From Limisphaerales bacterium (GTDB lineage: Bacteria; Verrucomicrobiota; Verrucomicrobiia; Limisphaerales; JADLHS01), in assembly GCA_044225555.1 (NCBI GenBank), contig JBGAIM010000004.1, positions 47,828-111,827 on the forward strand: 64,000 bases of DNA, written 5' to 3'. Positions within the stretch are counted from its first letter, which is position 1; each line of letters opens with the position of its first letter. The translations under genes and the position numbers were made by a program. Positions 37,031 through 45,814 of the stretch are shown in pieces. The notes below the pieces were generated by a model. It ran no database searches, was not told the origin of the DNA, and saw nothing but the letters and a program-made list of their open reading frames with translations.

Positions 37031-38025
37031 AGCACCGGCTGGGTTTGGTGATTGGGAAATTCTATCCACCGCATCGGGGACACAAACTGCTCATCGACAC
37101 GGCAACGACGCAGTCCGAGCAAGCTGTGGTTATTGTTTGCGCCAAACCGACTGACAGCATCCCCGGCGAGCTGCGCGGGAAATGGCTGCAAGAAATTCAT
37201 CCAACCGCGCGCATCATGGTGATTGATGACCGCTACGACGAAAACGATTCGCGCGTGTGGGCGGAGAACACCATCCGCTGGTTGGGGCGTGCTCCGGACG
37301 CGGTGTTCACCTCGGAAGACTACGGAGATCGCTATGCCGCATTGATGGGATCTAAACATATCTTGGTGGATAAACCGCGCGGGCAAGTGCCGATCTCGGG
37401 AACCGCAGTGCGGAGTGATCCTTATGCGCACTGGAAGTTTATCGAGCCGCCGGTGCGGGGTTGGTTTGCCAAGCGCGTGTGTATCCTCGGCGCGGAATCC
37501 ACCGGCACCACCACGCTGACCAGAGCGTTGGCGGAGCATTTTCAAACCGCCTGGGTGGAGGAATACGGTCGCGAGTATTCCGAGGTGAAACTGGCAAAGA
37601 ATGATCCAGTCTGGCGAACCGAGGAATTCACCATGATCGCGGAGGAACAATCCCGCCGGGAAGACGCTGCCGCCCGCCAGGCGAATCGTGTGTTGATCTG
37701 TGATACCAATGCATTTGCCACCGTGCTCTGGCATCGTCGCTACGTGGGCAGCCCGAGCCCAGCCGTGGCCAAAATCGCCAGCCGCGGGAAATGCGACCTA
37801 TATCTCCTTACCGGCGATGAGATTCGCTTCGTGCAGGACGGGCTTCGCGACGGCGAACACATCCGTCACGAGATGCATCGCTGGTTTGAGCAAGCGCTCG
37901 CCACGCAATCGGTCCCCTGGCATGTTGTTCGTGGATCACCGGCCCTGCGGCTCGAACAGGCGATTCACCTGATCCAAGCGCTGTTCAAAGGCTCAACTTG
38001 GTCACCCCCGGTGTATGCGGTATGA
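37027..38025 (+). CDS. nadR: NadR-like bifunctional NMN adenylyltransferase / ribosylnicotinamide kinase (no HTH domain)
   Basis: ATG 37027 overlaps the pnuC stop (ATGA). GKFYPPHRGH (HxGH-type) and a second P-loop-like domain (ILGAESTGTTTLT). Confidence 0.75.
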   Translation: MKHRLGLVIGKFYPPHRGHKLLIDTATTQSEQAVVIVCAKPTDSIPGELRGKWLQEIHPTARIMVIDDRYDENDSRVWAENTIRWLGRAPDAVFTSEDYGDRYAALMGSKHILVDKPRGQVPISGTAVRSDPYAHWKFIEPPVRGWFAKRVCILGAESTGTTTLTRALAEHFQTAWVEEYGREYSEVKLAKNDPVWRTEEFTMIAEEQSRREDAAARQANRVLICDTNAFATVLWHRRYVGSPSPAVAKIASRGKCDLYLLTGDEIRFVQDGLRDGEHIRHEMHRWFEQALATQSVPWHVVRGSPALRLEQAIHLIQALFKGSTWSPPVYAV

Positions 38026-38906
38026 AAATCAAACGTGTCATCGTGGTCATTAACCGGACGAAGTCACATGCTGCGACGACGGCCAGCGCGCTGCGGCAGT
38101 TCTTTGACCGGGAGAAGGTGCAGCACAGTTGGGTGGAGACGCTGCCGCCGCAGCGGAATCTCTACCGCAGAATGGCCAGCTTGCGTGAGCGAAGCGCGGA
38201 TCTGGTCATCGCCGTGGGCGGGGACGGAACCCTGCTGCAGGCGGCGCACCGCTTTCGCGGCTCGGGGCTGCCCATTCTGGGGATCAACATTGGCTACCTG
38301 GGCTTCATCACTTCCATTCACGGCGACCGTATTCAACAGGAGATGAAGCGGGTGCTGAATGCCGAGTTCTTCATCAGCCAGCGCACGGCGCTCGCCTTGG
38401 AGATTCGGAATGGCCGAAAGCGAATCGCGGGGTGGGCCTTGAACGACGCCCTGCTGACCCGCGGCGGCAACCCACACCTCATCGGGATCGAGGCGCGCAT
38501 TGGCGAACGTCGGTTGACTCGTTATCGCTGCGACGGGCTCATCATTGCCACGCCCACGGGTTCGACCGCCTATTCGCTGGCGGCGGGCGGCCCGATCATC
38601 AGTCCCGAGTGCAACGTTTTGACCGTCACGCCAATTTGTCCGCACTCCCTGACCAATCGGTCGGTGGTCGTCAATTCTACTGAGCCCATCCAGTTGCAGT
38701 TGGACGCGACATCCGGTCCGGCCGAAGTCCAGGTGGACGGCATGAAACTGGTCACCTTGACCCGCGCCAGCACCATCGAGGTAAAAACGTCGGCGGACAC
38801 CGTACCCATCGCGTTCCTGCCGGAAATCAACTACTACGACGTGCTGTCCGAAAAGCTGAAATGGCGTGGTGACGGACTCTCCAAACCCAAATACGGACAC
38901 GCATGA
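38022..38906 (+). CDS. nadK: NAD+ kinase
   Basis: ATG 38022 overlaps the nadR stop (ATGA). VIAVGGDGTLL, GINIGYLGF and ATPTGSTAYSLAAGGP. Confidence 0.85.
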   Translation: MKIKRVIVVINRTKSHAATTASALRQFFDREKVQHSWVETLPPQRNLYRRMASLRERSADLVIAVGGDGTLLQAAHRFRGSGLPILGINIGYLGFITSIHGDRIQQEMKRVLNAEFFISQRTALALEIRNGRKRIAGWALNDALLTRGGNPHLIGIEARIGERRLTRYRCDGLIIATPTGSTAYSLAAGGPIISPECNVLTVTPICPHSLTNRSVVVNSTEPIQLQLDATSGPAEVQVDGMKLVTLTRASTIEVKTSADTVPIAFLPEINYYDVLSEKLKWRGDGLSKPKYGHA

Positions 38907-40519
38907 GCTATCTGCTTTTTCCCGGCCGACATCTCGTCAACACCCGGTTTCAAGAAACCTATTTGCGGCGGGTTCTGTCCACCAAGCCGAATGAACTGCC
39001 GGGCTTCCTGCCCGGCCGGGAGTCGCTGGAACGGCCGCCCACGGAAATCCTCTTCGCGATCACCTCGGCGAACCAGGAGAATTCGCGCTTCAATCCGATT
39101 CCCTTTCATGTGCGCGCCATGGGGGTGGACCGGTTCGCTCGTGACTTGCGCCGGCAAATTCCCTTTCGTTATCGGGTGTTGGGCATTCCGCACTATGGGC
39201 ACACGCAGAACTTTGCCCAATTCACGCTGAAAGAAATCGCTTACCAGAGCGAGCAGCACATCAAGCTGACACCGGCAAACTGCCTGGTGCTTTGTTCCAC
39301 GCCGGAAGTGATCCGCCTATATCAGGAACAGGCCTTCGCCGTTGCCTCCGCCGAACTGGCCGGACCCGAACCAAAGCCAGTGACGCCAATCGAAATCATC
39401 CGCGAGATTGGAGCGCGCGGGCCGGATTGGCCAACGGGACGGTTGGTGGAGGCCAGCCTGGCCACCAGCCATCGAAGCCTGTTTGACGACCTGCCGGAGG
39501 TTCCGCAGCGCATCGCGCGCCTCTATCAGGATCCGCTGACCAATCAGGATGGCAGCCTGACGGAAGCGCGCAACTACAGCACCTATGCGCGCGGGATGAA
39601 TGAGATCATCCGACTCAAATATCTCGACATCCGCAACGGCATCAAACCCGGGCGCATCGTGGACGAAGGTTGCGCCGACGGAGCGTTACTCGCCGAAATC
39701 AGCCGCGACTTTCCAGACTCGGACCTGTTCGGCATTGATTTGTCGGCGGAATTCGCCGGCCGATTCCACGAACGCCAGCGGGCGGGGGAGTTTGGCGGTG
39801 CATACGTCCATTTCTTCCATCGCAATCTCTTCGACCGCCTGTTCGAGCCCGACTCGATCGACACCACCATCTGCAACAGCACGCTTCACGAAATCTGGAG
39901 CTATGGCGACGGCGAGAAATCGGTCCGCAAGTATCTGGCAGAGAAATTTCGCCAATTGCGCGCGGGCGGACGACTGCTCATCCGTGATGTGGTCGGTCCC
40001 GACGCGGGCGACACTGAAGTCCTGCTCTGGTGTTCGGACAGCGATGGTGACAATCTCGCACCCTTGGAACTCGTTCGCCACGAAGGCCGCGAAGCCGCGT
40101 GGTTGCAGAAACTCTCCACGCGCAGCCGCTTCCGCTTGTTCGCCCGCGACTTTCTGGGCGGTCGTCGTCCCTATCCCTTCCTGGAAGTCCAACGGGACAG
40201 CCGCGTGCTCTTCCGGCTTTCCCTCCGTCGCGCCGCCGAATTTCTTTCCAAGAAGGACTATTGCGACAACTGGCGGTCCGAGATGAACGAGGAGTTCTGC
40301 TTCTGGAGCTTTTCAAATTGGAAACGGGTTCTGTCCGAGATCGGGTTTCACATCAACGAAACCCCAAATCAACCAGGGTGCGGCTCCCGCTGTTACGTGA
40401 ATCCCTGGATCGTGGAACATCGTTACCGGGCGCATGTGAGTCTCTTCAACCCGGATGGCTCGCAATTAGACTGGCCACCCGGCAACCTGGTGATCGTGGC
40501 AGAGAAACCACTGGCTTGA
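38903..40519 (+). CDS. fusion: divergent NadM/NMNAT-like nucleotidyltransferase domain + class I SAM-dependent methyltransferase
   Basis: Start overlaps the nadK stop (ATGA). N-terminus LFPGRHLVNTRFQ and ITSANQENSRFNPIPFHVRAMGV, compared with GRFQPxHxGH and GSAQ..NPFTxxER of archaeal-type NMNAT. C-terminal MTase motif I is IVDEGCADGALL. Confidence 0.6.
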   Translation: MSYLLFPGRHLVNTRFQETYLRRVLSTKPNELPGFLPGRESLERPPTEILFAITSANQENSRFNPIPFHVRAMGVDRFARDLRRQIPFRYRVLGIPHYGHTQNFAQFTLKEIAYQSEQHIKLTPANCLVLCSTPEVIRLYQEQAFAVASAELAGPEPKPVTPIEIIREIGARGPDWPTGRLVEASLATSHRSLFDDLPEVPQRIARLYQDPLTNQDGSLTEARNYSTYARGMNEIIRLKYLDIRNGIKPGRIVDEGCADGALLAEISRDFPDSDLFGIDLSAEFAGRFHERQRAGEFGGAYVHFFHRNLFDRLFEPDSIDTTICNSTLHEIWSYGDGEKSVRKYLAEKFRQLRAGGRLLIRDVVGPDAGDTEVLLWCSDSDGDNLAPLELVRHEGREAAWLQKLSTRSRFRLFARDFLGGRRPYPFLEVQRDSRVLFRLSLRRAAEFLSKKDYCDNWRSEMNEEFCFWSFSNWKRVLSEIGFHINETPNQPGCGSRCYVNPWIVEHRYRAHVSLFNPDGSQLDWPPGNLVIVAEKPLA

Positions 40520-40604
40520 GCCGGCCTCGTTCGTGTTGATCGGCCGCCGCCATCGAATTTGCTGGGCGAACATCTCGAGACCTCGAGCTCCCCGGTTCGC
40601 CATG

Positions 40605-41594
40605 CTAACGATTGACGCACGAGGCCAATTCGCCATCCGTGAACGAAATCGCACAATTGGTCCCTTCGTCCCGCAAAATCTTGGTGGCAATCAGCCGGGA
40701 CACCGGCGCCAGGATACTGAAGTGATCCCCGCCTTTGACCGCGTGGAATCGGATCGCCGGGTTGCGCGTCGCGCGCGACAACCTCCGCAACGAATCAATA
40801 TTGCTGCGGCCATCCGCGCCCTCGAAAACGAAGGTTGGCCCTTCAACTCCCTTCAGCCATTTCAAAGGCGACCGCAGCGCCACCTCCTTGGCGCTGGCGA
40901 TATCAAACGGCAGATTTTCCGCACCGTAGCCGCGGACGTTTTCCACCGGGCCGAAAGCAAACACCGCGCGGAAGTGATTGGTCACTTCGGCCACCAGCAG
41001 CGCCAGCGTCCCGCCCGTGCTGTGCCCGCCCAGATAAATCCGCCGGGGATCGACGTAATCCTGCTCCGCGAGGAACCTGGCGGCCGCCAGCACGTCATCC
41101 ACCTCGCCGTAGAATCCCTCCATGACACCGGGGTTTTGGTTCCCGCCACGCAGCGACGGGTACATCATCACCATCCCCGCTTCCCGGAAGGCGCTGGCGG
41201 ATTGATCATTGCTGGGCGGGAACTTCTCCCAGGCAGCGCCATCAATGCTGTTGCCGAACCCGCCGAAAATCCAAATGATCGCCGGGTGACGTTTCCCATC
41301 CGCTGGCGAGGGCGTCAAGTAGGCCGACATCTCGCCCAAAGGTGAGGAATACTTCACGACCGTGAAGAGTTTCGGTGGCGGCGGCGGCACTGGCTCGCCC
41401 GCGCGATCCTGACGAACCAGCCGGGTCGCGAAACCCTGCCGCGCCGTCGCGAGGGAACCCCCTGCCCCGCCGGGTTTATCTCCACACCCGCACCAGCCGA
41501 TGAGGCAGCCCAGCGTCAAACACCGAAGCATCCGGGCAAGCCACGGCCACAATCCGGATCGCCCGGCGGAGCACTGACAAAGGTGAACATTCAT
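40605..41594 (-). CDS. alpha/beta hydrolase (S9 / dienelactone-hydrolase-like), probable lipoprotein
   Basis: ATG 41594 within ORF 40605..41813. Cys-rich lipobox-like leader (LTLGCLIGWCGC) and the nucleophile elbow GGHSTGG. Confidence 0.65.
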   Translation of the reverse strand: MNVHLCQCSAGRSGLWPWLARMLRCLTLGCLIGWCGCGDKPGGAGGSLATARQGFATRLVRQDRAGEPVPPPPPKLFTVVKYSSPLGEMSAYLTPSPADGKRHPAIIWIFGGFGNSIDGAAWEKFPPSNDQSASAFREAGMVMMYPSLRGGNQNPGVMEGFYGEVDDVLAAARFLAEQDYVDPRRIYLGGHSTGGTLALLVAEVTNHFRAVFAFGPVENVRGYGAENLPFDIASAKEVALRSPLKWLKGVEGPTFVFEGADGRSNIDSLRRLSRATRNPAIRFHAVKGGDHFSILAPVSRLIATKILRDEGTNCAISFTDGELASCVNR

Positions 41595-41809
41595 GAAATC
41601 CCTTTCTGAGCAACGGAGCGGATGGACCAACCGGTTGACATCGCTTTTGAATCTACGCCGGGCACGAACGGCGAGGCTAGACAATTCCAGAGCGGTGGCT
41701 TGTTCGCATGACTCATGCGCGGGATGAGGTGAGCTTCGTGACCACTTCAACTTCACATTGACAAAACCGGCCGCGTTATGGATTCCGGAAAACACGGCCA
41801 CCGCCCGCC

Positions 41810-43204
41810 TCAATCCTCCGGACGTTCGCCACTCGGCGCCATCTTCACCAGCCGGGGATCAAACTGGCCCAGCACCGTCACCAGATCCTTCTGTGCTTCC
41901 ATCACTTCACGAATGTTCTTATAGGCCATCGGCACTTCGTCGAGACCGGCGCTGATGAGCGTCACGCCGCGCTCACGGAGAAAACGGTTTACATCCTTCC
42001 AGTTGAACTTCTCATTCGCGGCTTTGCGGCTCATCGCGCGGCCCGCCCCATGCGACGCCGAGTTCAACGACTCCGCGTTGCCCTTGCCGCTCACGACAAA
42101 CCCCGGCGACGCCATCGAGCCAGGAATGATTCCCAACACGCCCTGCCCCGCCGGCGTCGCGCCCTTGCGATGCACAATGACCTCTCGCTCCACGCCGTCA
42201 ATGACGTGCTGCTCTTTCCACGCGAAGTTGTGATGGTTCTCCAAGTCCAGCAGCACGGTCGCGCCGAGGTTCGTCGCAATGTGTTGGTGAATGCACGCAT
42301 GGTTTGCCGCCGCGTATTGACCCATCAACTCCATTGCGTTCCAATATTCCTGGCCTTCCGGCGAATCCAGCGACAGCCACGCGAGCCGTTTCAACTCGCT
42401 CGGCAAATCCGGAAACTGGCTGAAGGCAATCTTGCTGTAATGATCGCACACCGCCGCACCCGTACCGCGACTGCCGCTGTGCGATAACAACGCCACGTAA
42501 GTTCCCGCTGCCAACTCGTTGATCTTCGAGTGCGCCGTGAACAAACCGAACTCCACAAAATGATTCCCGCTGCCGCTGGTGCCGAGTTGCGACCACGCCT
42601 TGTCCTTGTTTTGTTTCGTGATCGGACTGACCGACCAATCCGCGTCCAGCACGTCGTGCGCGCGGCGCTCCTTGAAACTTGCGCCCACGCCGAAGCGCGT
42701 CTCCGCCTCGATGGCGCGCGTGAGCCGATCCTGTTTGTTTTCCAGATCACGCACCGGAATATCCAAGACCGTCAGTTTCATGCGGCACGCGATGTCCACG
42801 CCGACGGCGTAAGGGATCACCGCGTTCTCCGTGGCCAGCACGCCGCCGATGGGCAGGCCGTAGCCCACGTGCGCATCCGGCATCAACGCGCCCGCGACCG
42901 ACACCGGCAACAGACACGCCTTCTCCATCTGCATCACCGCATCGTGTTCGAGCCCTTCGCCCCATTGCCGATACTTCACCGGCTCGGCGCGCGGTGGCGG
43001 AGGCGCAGCGAGCAAAGACTTCGCCAACTCACCTCGCAACGGGTCGTCCACGAACGCCGCGGGATTGGCGACAATCGCACTTACTTCTTCCTGCAACCGC
43101 GACTTGTCGCCGCCGCCGAGGATGAACTTGGCAACAAAATCCGTTGCCCGCCGGGTTGCCTCGCCGAGCGGAATTCCCATTCGCAAAAAATCTTTGGTGT
43201 TCAT
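41810..43204 (-). CDS. rtcB: RNA-splicing ligase RtcB (long, archaeal/eukaryal-like form)
   Basis: ATG 43204 (the track start 43213 is TTG). PDAHVGYGLPIGGV, HSGSRGTG, NHHNFA and SASHGAGR (GMP-His region). Confidence 0.9.
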   Translation of the reverse strand: MNTKDFLRMGIPLGEATRRATDFVAKFILGGGDKSRLQEEVSAIVANPAAFVDDPLRGELAKSLLAAPPPPRAEPVKYRQWGEGLEHDAVMQMEKACLLPVSVAGALMPDAHVGYGLPIGGVLATENAVIPYAVGVDIACRMKLTVLDIPVRDLENKQDRLTRAIEAETRFGVGASFKERRAHDVLDADWSVSPITKQNKDKAWSQLGTSGSGNHFVEFGLFTAHSKINELAAGTYVALLSHSGSRGTGAAVCDHYSKIAFSQFPDLPSELKRLAWLSLDSPEGQEYWNAMELMGQYAAANHACIHQHIATNLGATVLLDLENHHNFAWKEQHVIDGVEREVIVHRKGATPAGQGVLGIIPGSMASPGFVVSGKGNAESLNSASHGAGRAMSRKAANEKFNWKDVNRFLRERGVTLISAGLDEVPMAYKNIREVMEAQKDLVTVLGQFDPRLVKMAPSGERPED

Positions 43205-43209
43205 ATCAA

Positions 43210-44256
43210 TCAAATTCGTGGAGCTTGTAACGTTGGCGGCTGGACGAATGAATGAACAAATCGGACATATTCATCCAACGAAACCATTTGTAGCCGGTAA
43301 CGTAAATCGCAGTTCTTTAAGCCAGCTGACAACGCCGCTTGAGGGTTCACAATTTTTGTGAATGTGATCCCCATCGTTTTCGCGTGATCCAGCCGAGCTT
43401 GAATATTAGAGCACCGGTTGAAAAAAATGATTTCATTTACTGCCGATAAACACAAAGCAGCGAATCGGTATTCGGCTTCAACTTTGGAAAGTTGATGTCC
43501 AGCCACATTTGGACGCGTCGAGTTCTTTGTTACGTCGTGATAAAAGATTGCGTCGAGCACCAAATTTGGTCCGATTGGTAATAGATACTGAATCGCCTTC
43601 AGGTCCGTTAGTTGTATTTGGACTAGACCAATGTCCGACATGGGCAATTCGAGCGGCGAGGTCGAAACCGTCCACTCGCAATGAAGAAACTCCATGAAGT
43701 TTAGGTTTAGCAGCCGCTCAAATTGTAATCTGTAAACGAGCTGTATGACATTGTCGGACTCGATAATCAGTCTACCTCCCATTGCGTAGCCTTCGCGGAA
43801 TTTACTAATCACGTCATCAGGGACTTTTAGCTCGCGAAACAAATAATAGCTACCCTTCTCCAGCTCCATGTTTAGCTGGCCCAGAAAGCTCGCGACAGCG
43901 CCGGGCTTTGCGAAAATCGACGTTCTCTTCAAGAACGCACAATACAGACATAGATTGTCGTATGTGCTCTTCTCTAGTTCGACCGATGATTTGTTGGAGG
44001 CCCTTTCCAGGTCATTGAATGTTTTGGGAAGATTGGATTCAACTTTTGAAAACGATTGCTCAATCGCATTGTTTACATCTGTCGACGATAACAATTGATT
44101 GTAGCCTGGTGCAGAACACACATTCTCAACGCTTCTGCCCCCTTTTATCCACTCCTGTGTCTGGACGTTAAAGCATTCCAGAGGCTTTCCGCGGCGACGA
44201 AAGCGTTTGAGCAGAACTTGCGACACGTAATGTTGGCGTTCGTCTTTGTTGTTCAT
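43210..44256 (-). CDS. DUF4238 family protein
   Basis: N-terminal QHYVSQVLLKRF matches the HYVPQFYL-type DUF4238 signature. The gene is visibly AT-richer than its flanks. Its stop lies 5 nt before the rtcB ATG. Confidence 0.65.
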   Translation of the reverse strand: MNNKDERQHYVSQVLLKRFRRRGKPLECFNVQTQEWIKGGRSVENVCSAPGYNQLLSSTDVNNAIEQSFSKVESNLPKTFNDLERASNKSSVELEKSTYDNLCLYCAFLKRTSIFAKPGAVASFLGQLNMELEKGSYYLFRELKVPDDVISKFREGYAMGGRLIIESDNVIQLVYRLQFERLLNLNFMEFLHCEWTVSTSPLELPMSDIGLVQIQLTDLKAIQYLLPIGPNLVLDAIFYHDVTKNSTRPNVAGHQLSKVEAEYRFAALCLSAVNEIIFFNRCSNIQARLDHAKTMGITFTKIVNPQAALSAGLKNCDLRYRLQMVSLDEYVRFVHSFVQPPTLQAPRI

Positions 44257-44407
44257 CGCATTTAATTAGATTCTACATTCATTTTTGTTGGGAGAGCGAG
44301 CTTTGACGCCCGCTCTCCCGTTGGTTCATTCATTCAGGAACAGTTTCCACTCAGCACGCGAACGGGACACAAGGTGGCGGGGGAATCTTTGTTGGTTCAT
44401 TGCCAGA

Positions 44408-45619
44408 TCAATGCTCCTCGCCACGCCGAATGGGAACAGAGATCACCATCGCCGCAAATACGCCCAGCGCAGCGCACGCACCCCAATAGGCGGCCGAGCT
44501 AGACGCAAACAGCTTCATCCCGGCGACCGGGCCGATGATCAAGGCCAGTGCCCAGGTCATGCCGTTCACGCCCATGTAACGCCCGCGCATGTGCGGCGGC
44601 GCGAGGTCCGCCACATAGGCCGAGGCCATCGGCAATGCCAACATTTCGCCCAAGGTGAACAGCGCCATGCACGCCACCAAAGCGGCCACGGAGTGGGCAA
44701 AATAGTTCAGCCCAAAGCCCGCGCCGATGAGCACGTAACCCAGCGCCATCACTTTGCGCGCCGGGAATCGCCGGGTCAGCGCGGTCAACGGCAGTTCGCA
44801 AAACACGATCAGCGCGCCGTTGAAGGAAATGACCGCACCATAGGTGGCGGCGGAAAATCCCAGTTGCGTGACGAACAATCCAAAGGTGGAAGCCGTTTGC
44901 ATGAACAACAGGGCCACGGCGAAGTTCGCCAGCACCAATTGCTGAAACCGTTTGTCGCCGCGGATCACGCTCAACACCTCGCGCCAGCTCGCGCTGCTGG
45001 CAGCGGCGGAATGCTGCACACCGCGCGGCAGCGCCAGCAGCGCGATCAAGCCATAGACCGCCGAGGTAAGAGCATCCCCGACGAACAGCCAGATGTAACC
45101 GTACGCCGCCAGCAAACCGGCCGTCGCCGGACCAAACGCAAATCCGGCGTTGAACGTCACCCGCAGCGCGGCGAACGCCGTCAACCGTTGCCCCGCCGGC
45201 ACCACATCCGTCAGCAGCGCCGAACTCGCCGGGCGATACGCCTCACTCACCAGCCCCGTGATAAACGTGAGCCCGACAATGAGCGGCAACCCGCGCGCCT
45301 GCGAGAGCAACATCATCGTGACCGCCGCCCCGAACATTGAGAACACGATGGTTTCGCGCCGGCCCAGCCGGTCTGCGAGATGCCCGCCGATCAGCGAGGC
45401 GAACAGGTTGCCTGCGCCATACGCACTCACCGCCAGTCCCGCCGCCGTCACCGAATAACCCTGCCCCGTGAGATACAGCGTCAGGAACGGCACCACGAAT
45501 CCGCCAAACCGGTTGATGAACGACCCCGCAAACAGCACCCATGCGGCGCGCGGCAACGCCCGCAAGCTGGCGAACAACGTCGGCTCGCTTGGACCCGGGT
45601 TAACGGAGGTTGGATTCAT
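44408..45619 (-). CDS. MFS transporter
   Basis: 403 aa, about 12 TM helices, GHLADRLGRR loop motif. Confidence 0.8.
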   Translation of the reverse strand: MNPTSVNPGPSEPTLFASLRALPRAAWVLFAGSFINRFGGFVVPFLTLYLTGQGYSVTAAGLAVSAYGAGNLFASLIGGHLADRLGRRETIVFSMFGAAVTMMLLSQARGLPLIVGLTFITGLVSEAYRPASSALLTDVVPAGQRLTAFAALRVTFNAGFAFGPATAGLLAAYGYIWLFVGDALTSAVYGLIALLALPRGVQHSAAASSASWREVLSVIRGDKRFQQLVLANFAVALLFMQTASTFGLFVTQLGFSAATYGAVISFNGALIVFCELPLTALTRRFPARKVMALGYVLIGAGFGLNYFAHSVAALVACMALFTLGEMLALPMASAYVADLAPPHMRGRYMGVNGMTWALALIIGPVAGMKLFASSSAAYWGACAALGVFAAMVISVPIRRGEEH

Positions 45620-45620
45620 G

Positions 45621-45658
45621 AAATAAAAAAACCCTGCTCACCGTTCGGCAAGCAGGGT
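45621..45658 (-). terminator. rho-independent terminator
   Basis: On the minus strand ACCCTGCTTGCCGAACGGTGAGCAGGGT is followed by TTTTTTTATTT. Confidence 0.7.
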
Positions 45659-45676
45659 TGGAAAATTCTTGGTTCG

Positions 45677-45814
45677 TTAGTTCAGAAGCTCCTCCTGCCC
45701 GCCGATGACTGAATAATTCTTGGTCATCTGCCAGGACATGCGGCGATCGCGCGGGAACATGACAACCCCCGCGAGGGCTCGCGTGCTAATTTGCGTTGTC
45801 AGTTCCGCTTTCAT
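45677..45814 (-). CDS. possible 45-aa ORF (or non-coding transcript) ending at the terminator
   Basis: ATG 45814 gives MKAELTTQISTRALAGVVMFPRDRRMSWQMTKNYSVIGGQEELLN. A TTGACC-17-CATTGT promoter-like element lies upstream. No homology recognised. Confidence 0.2.
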   Translation of the reverse strand: MKAELTTQISTRALAGVVMFPRDRRMSWQMTKNYSVIGGQEELLN

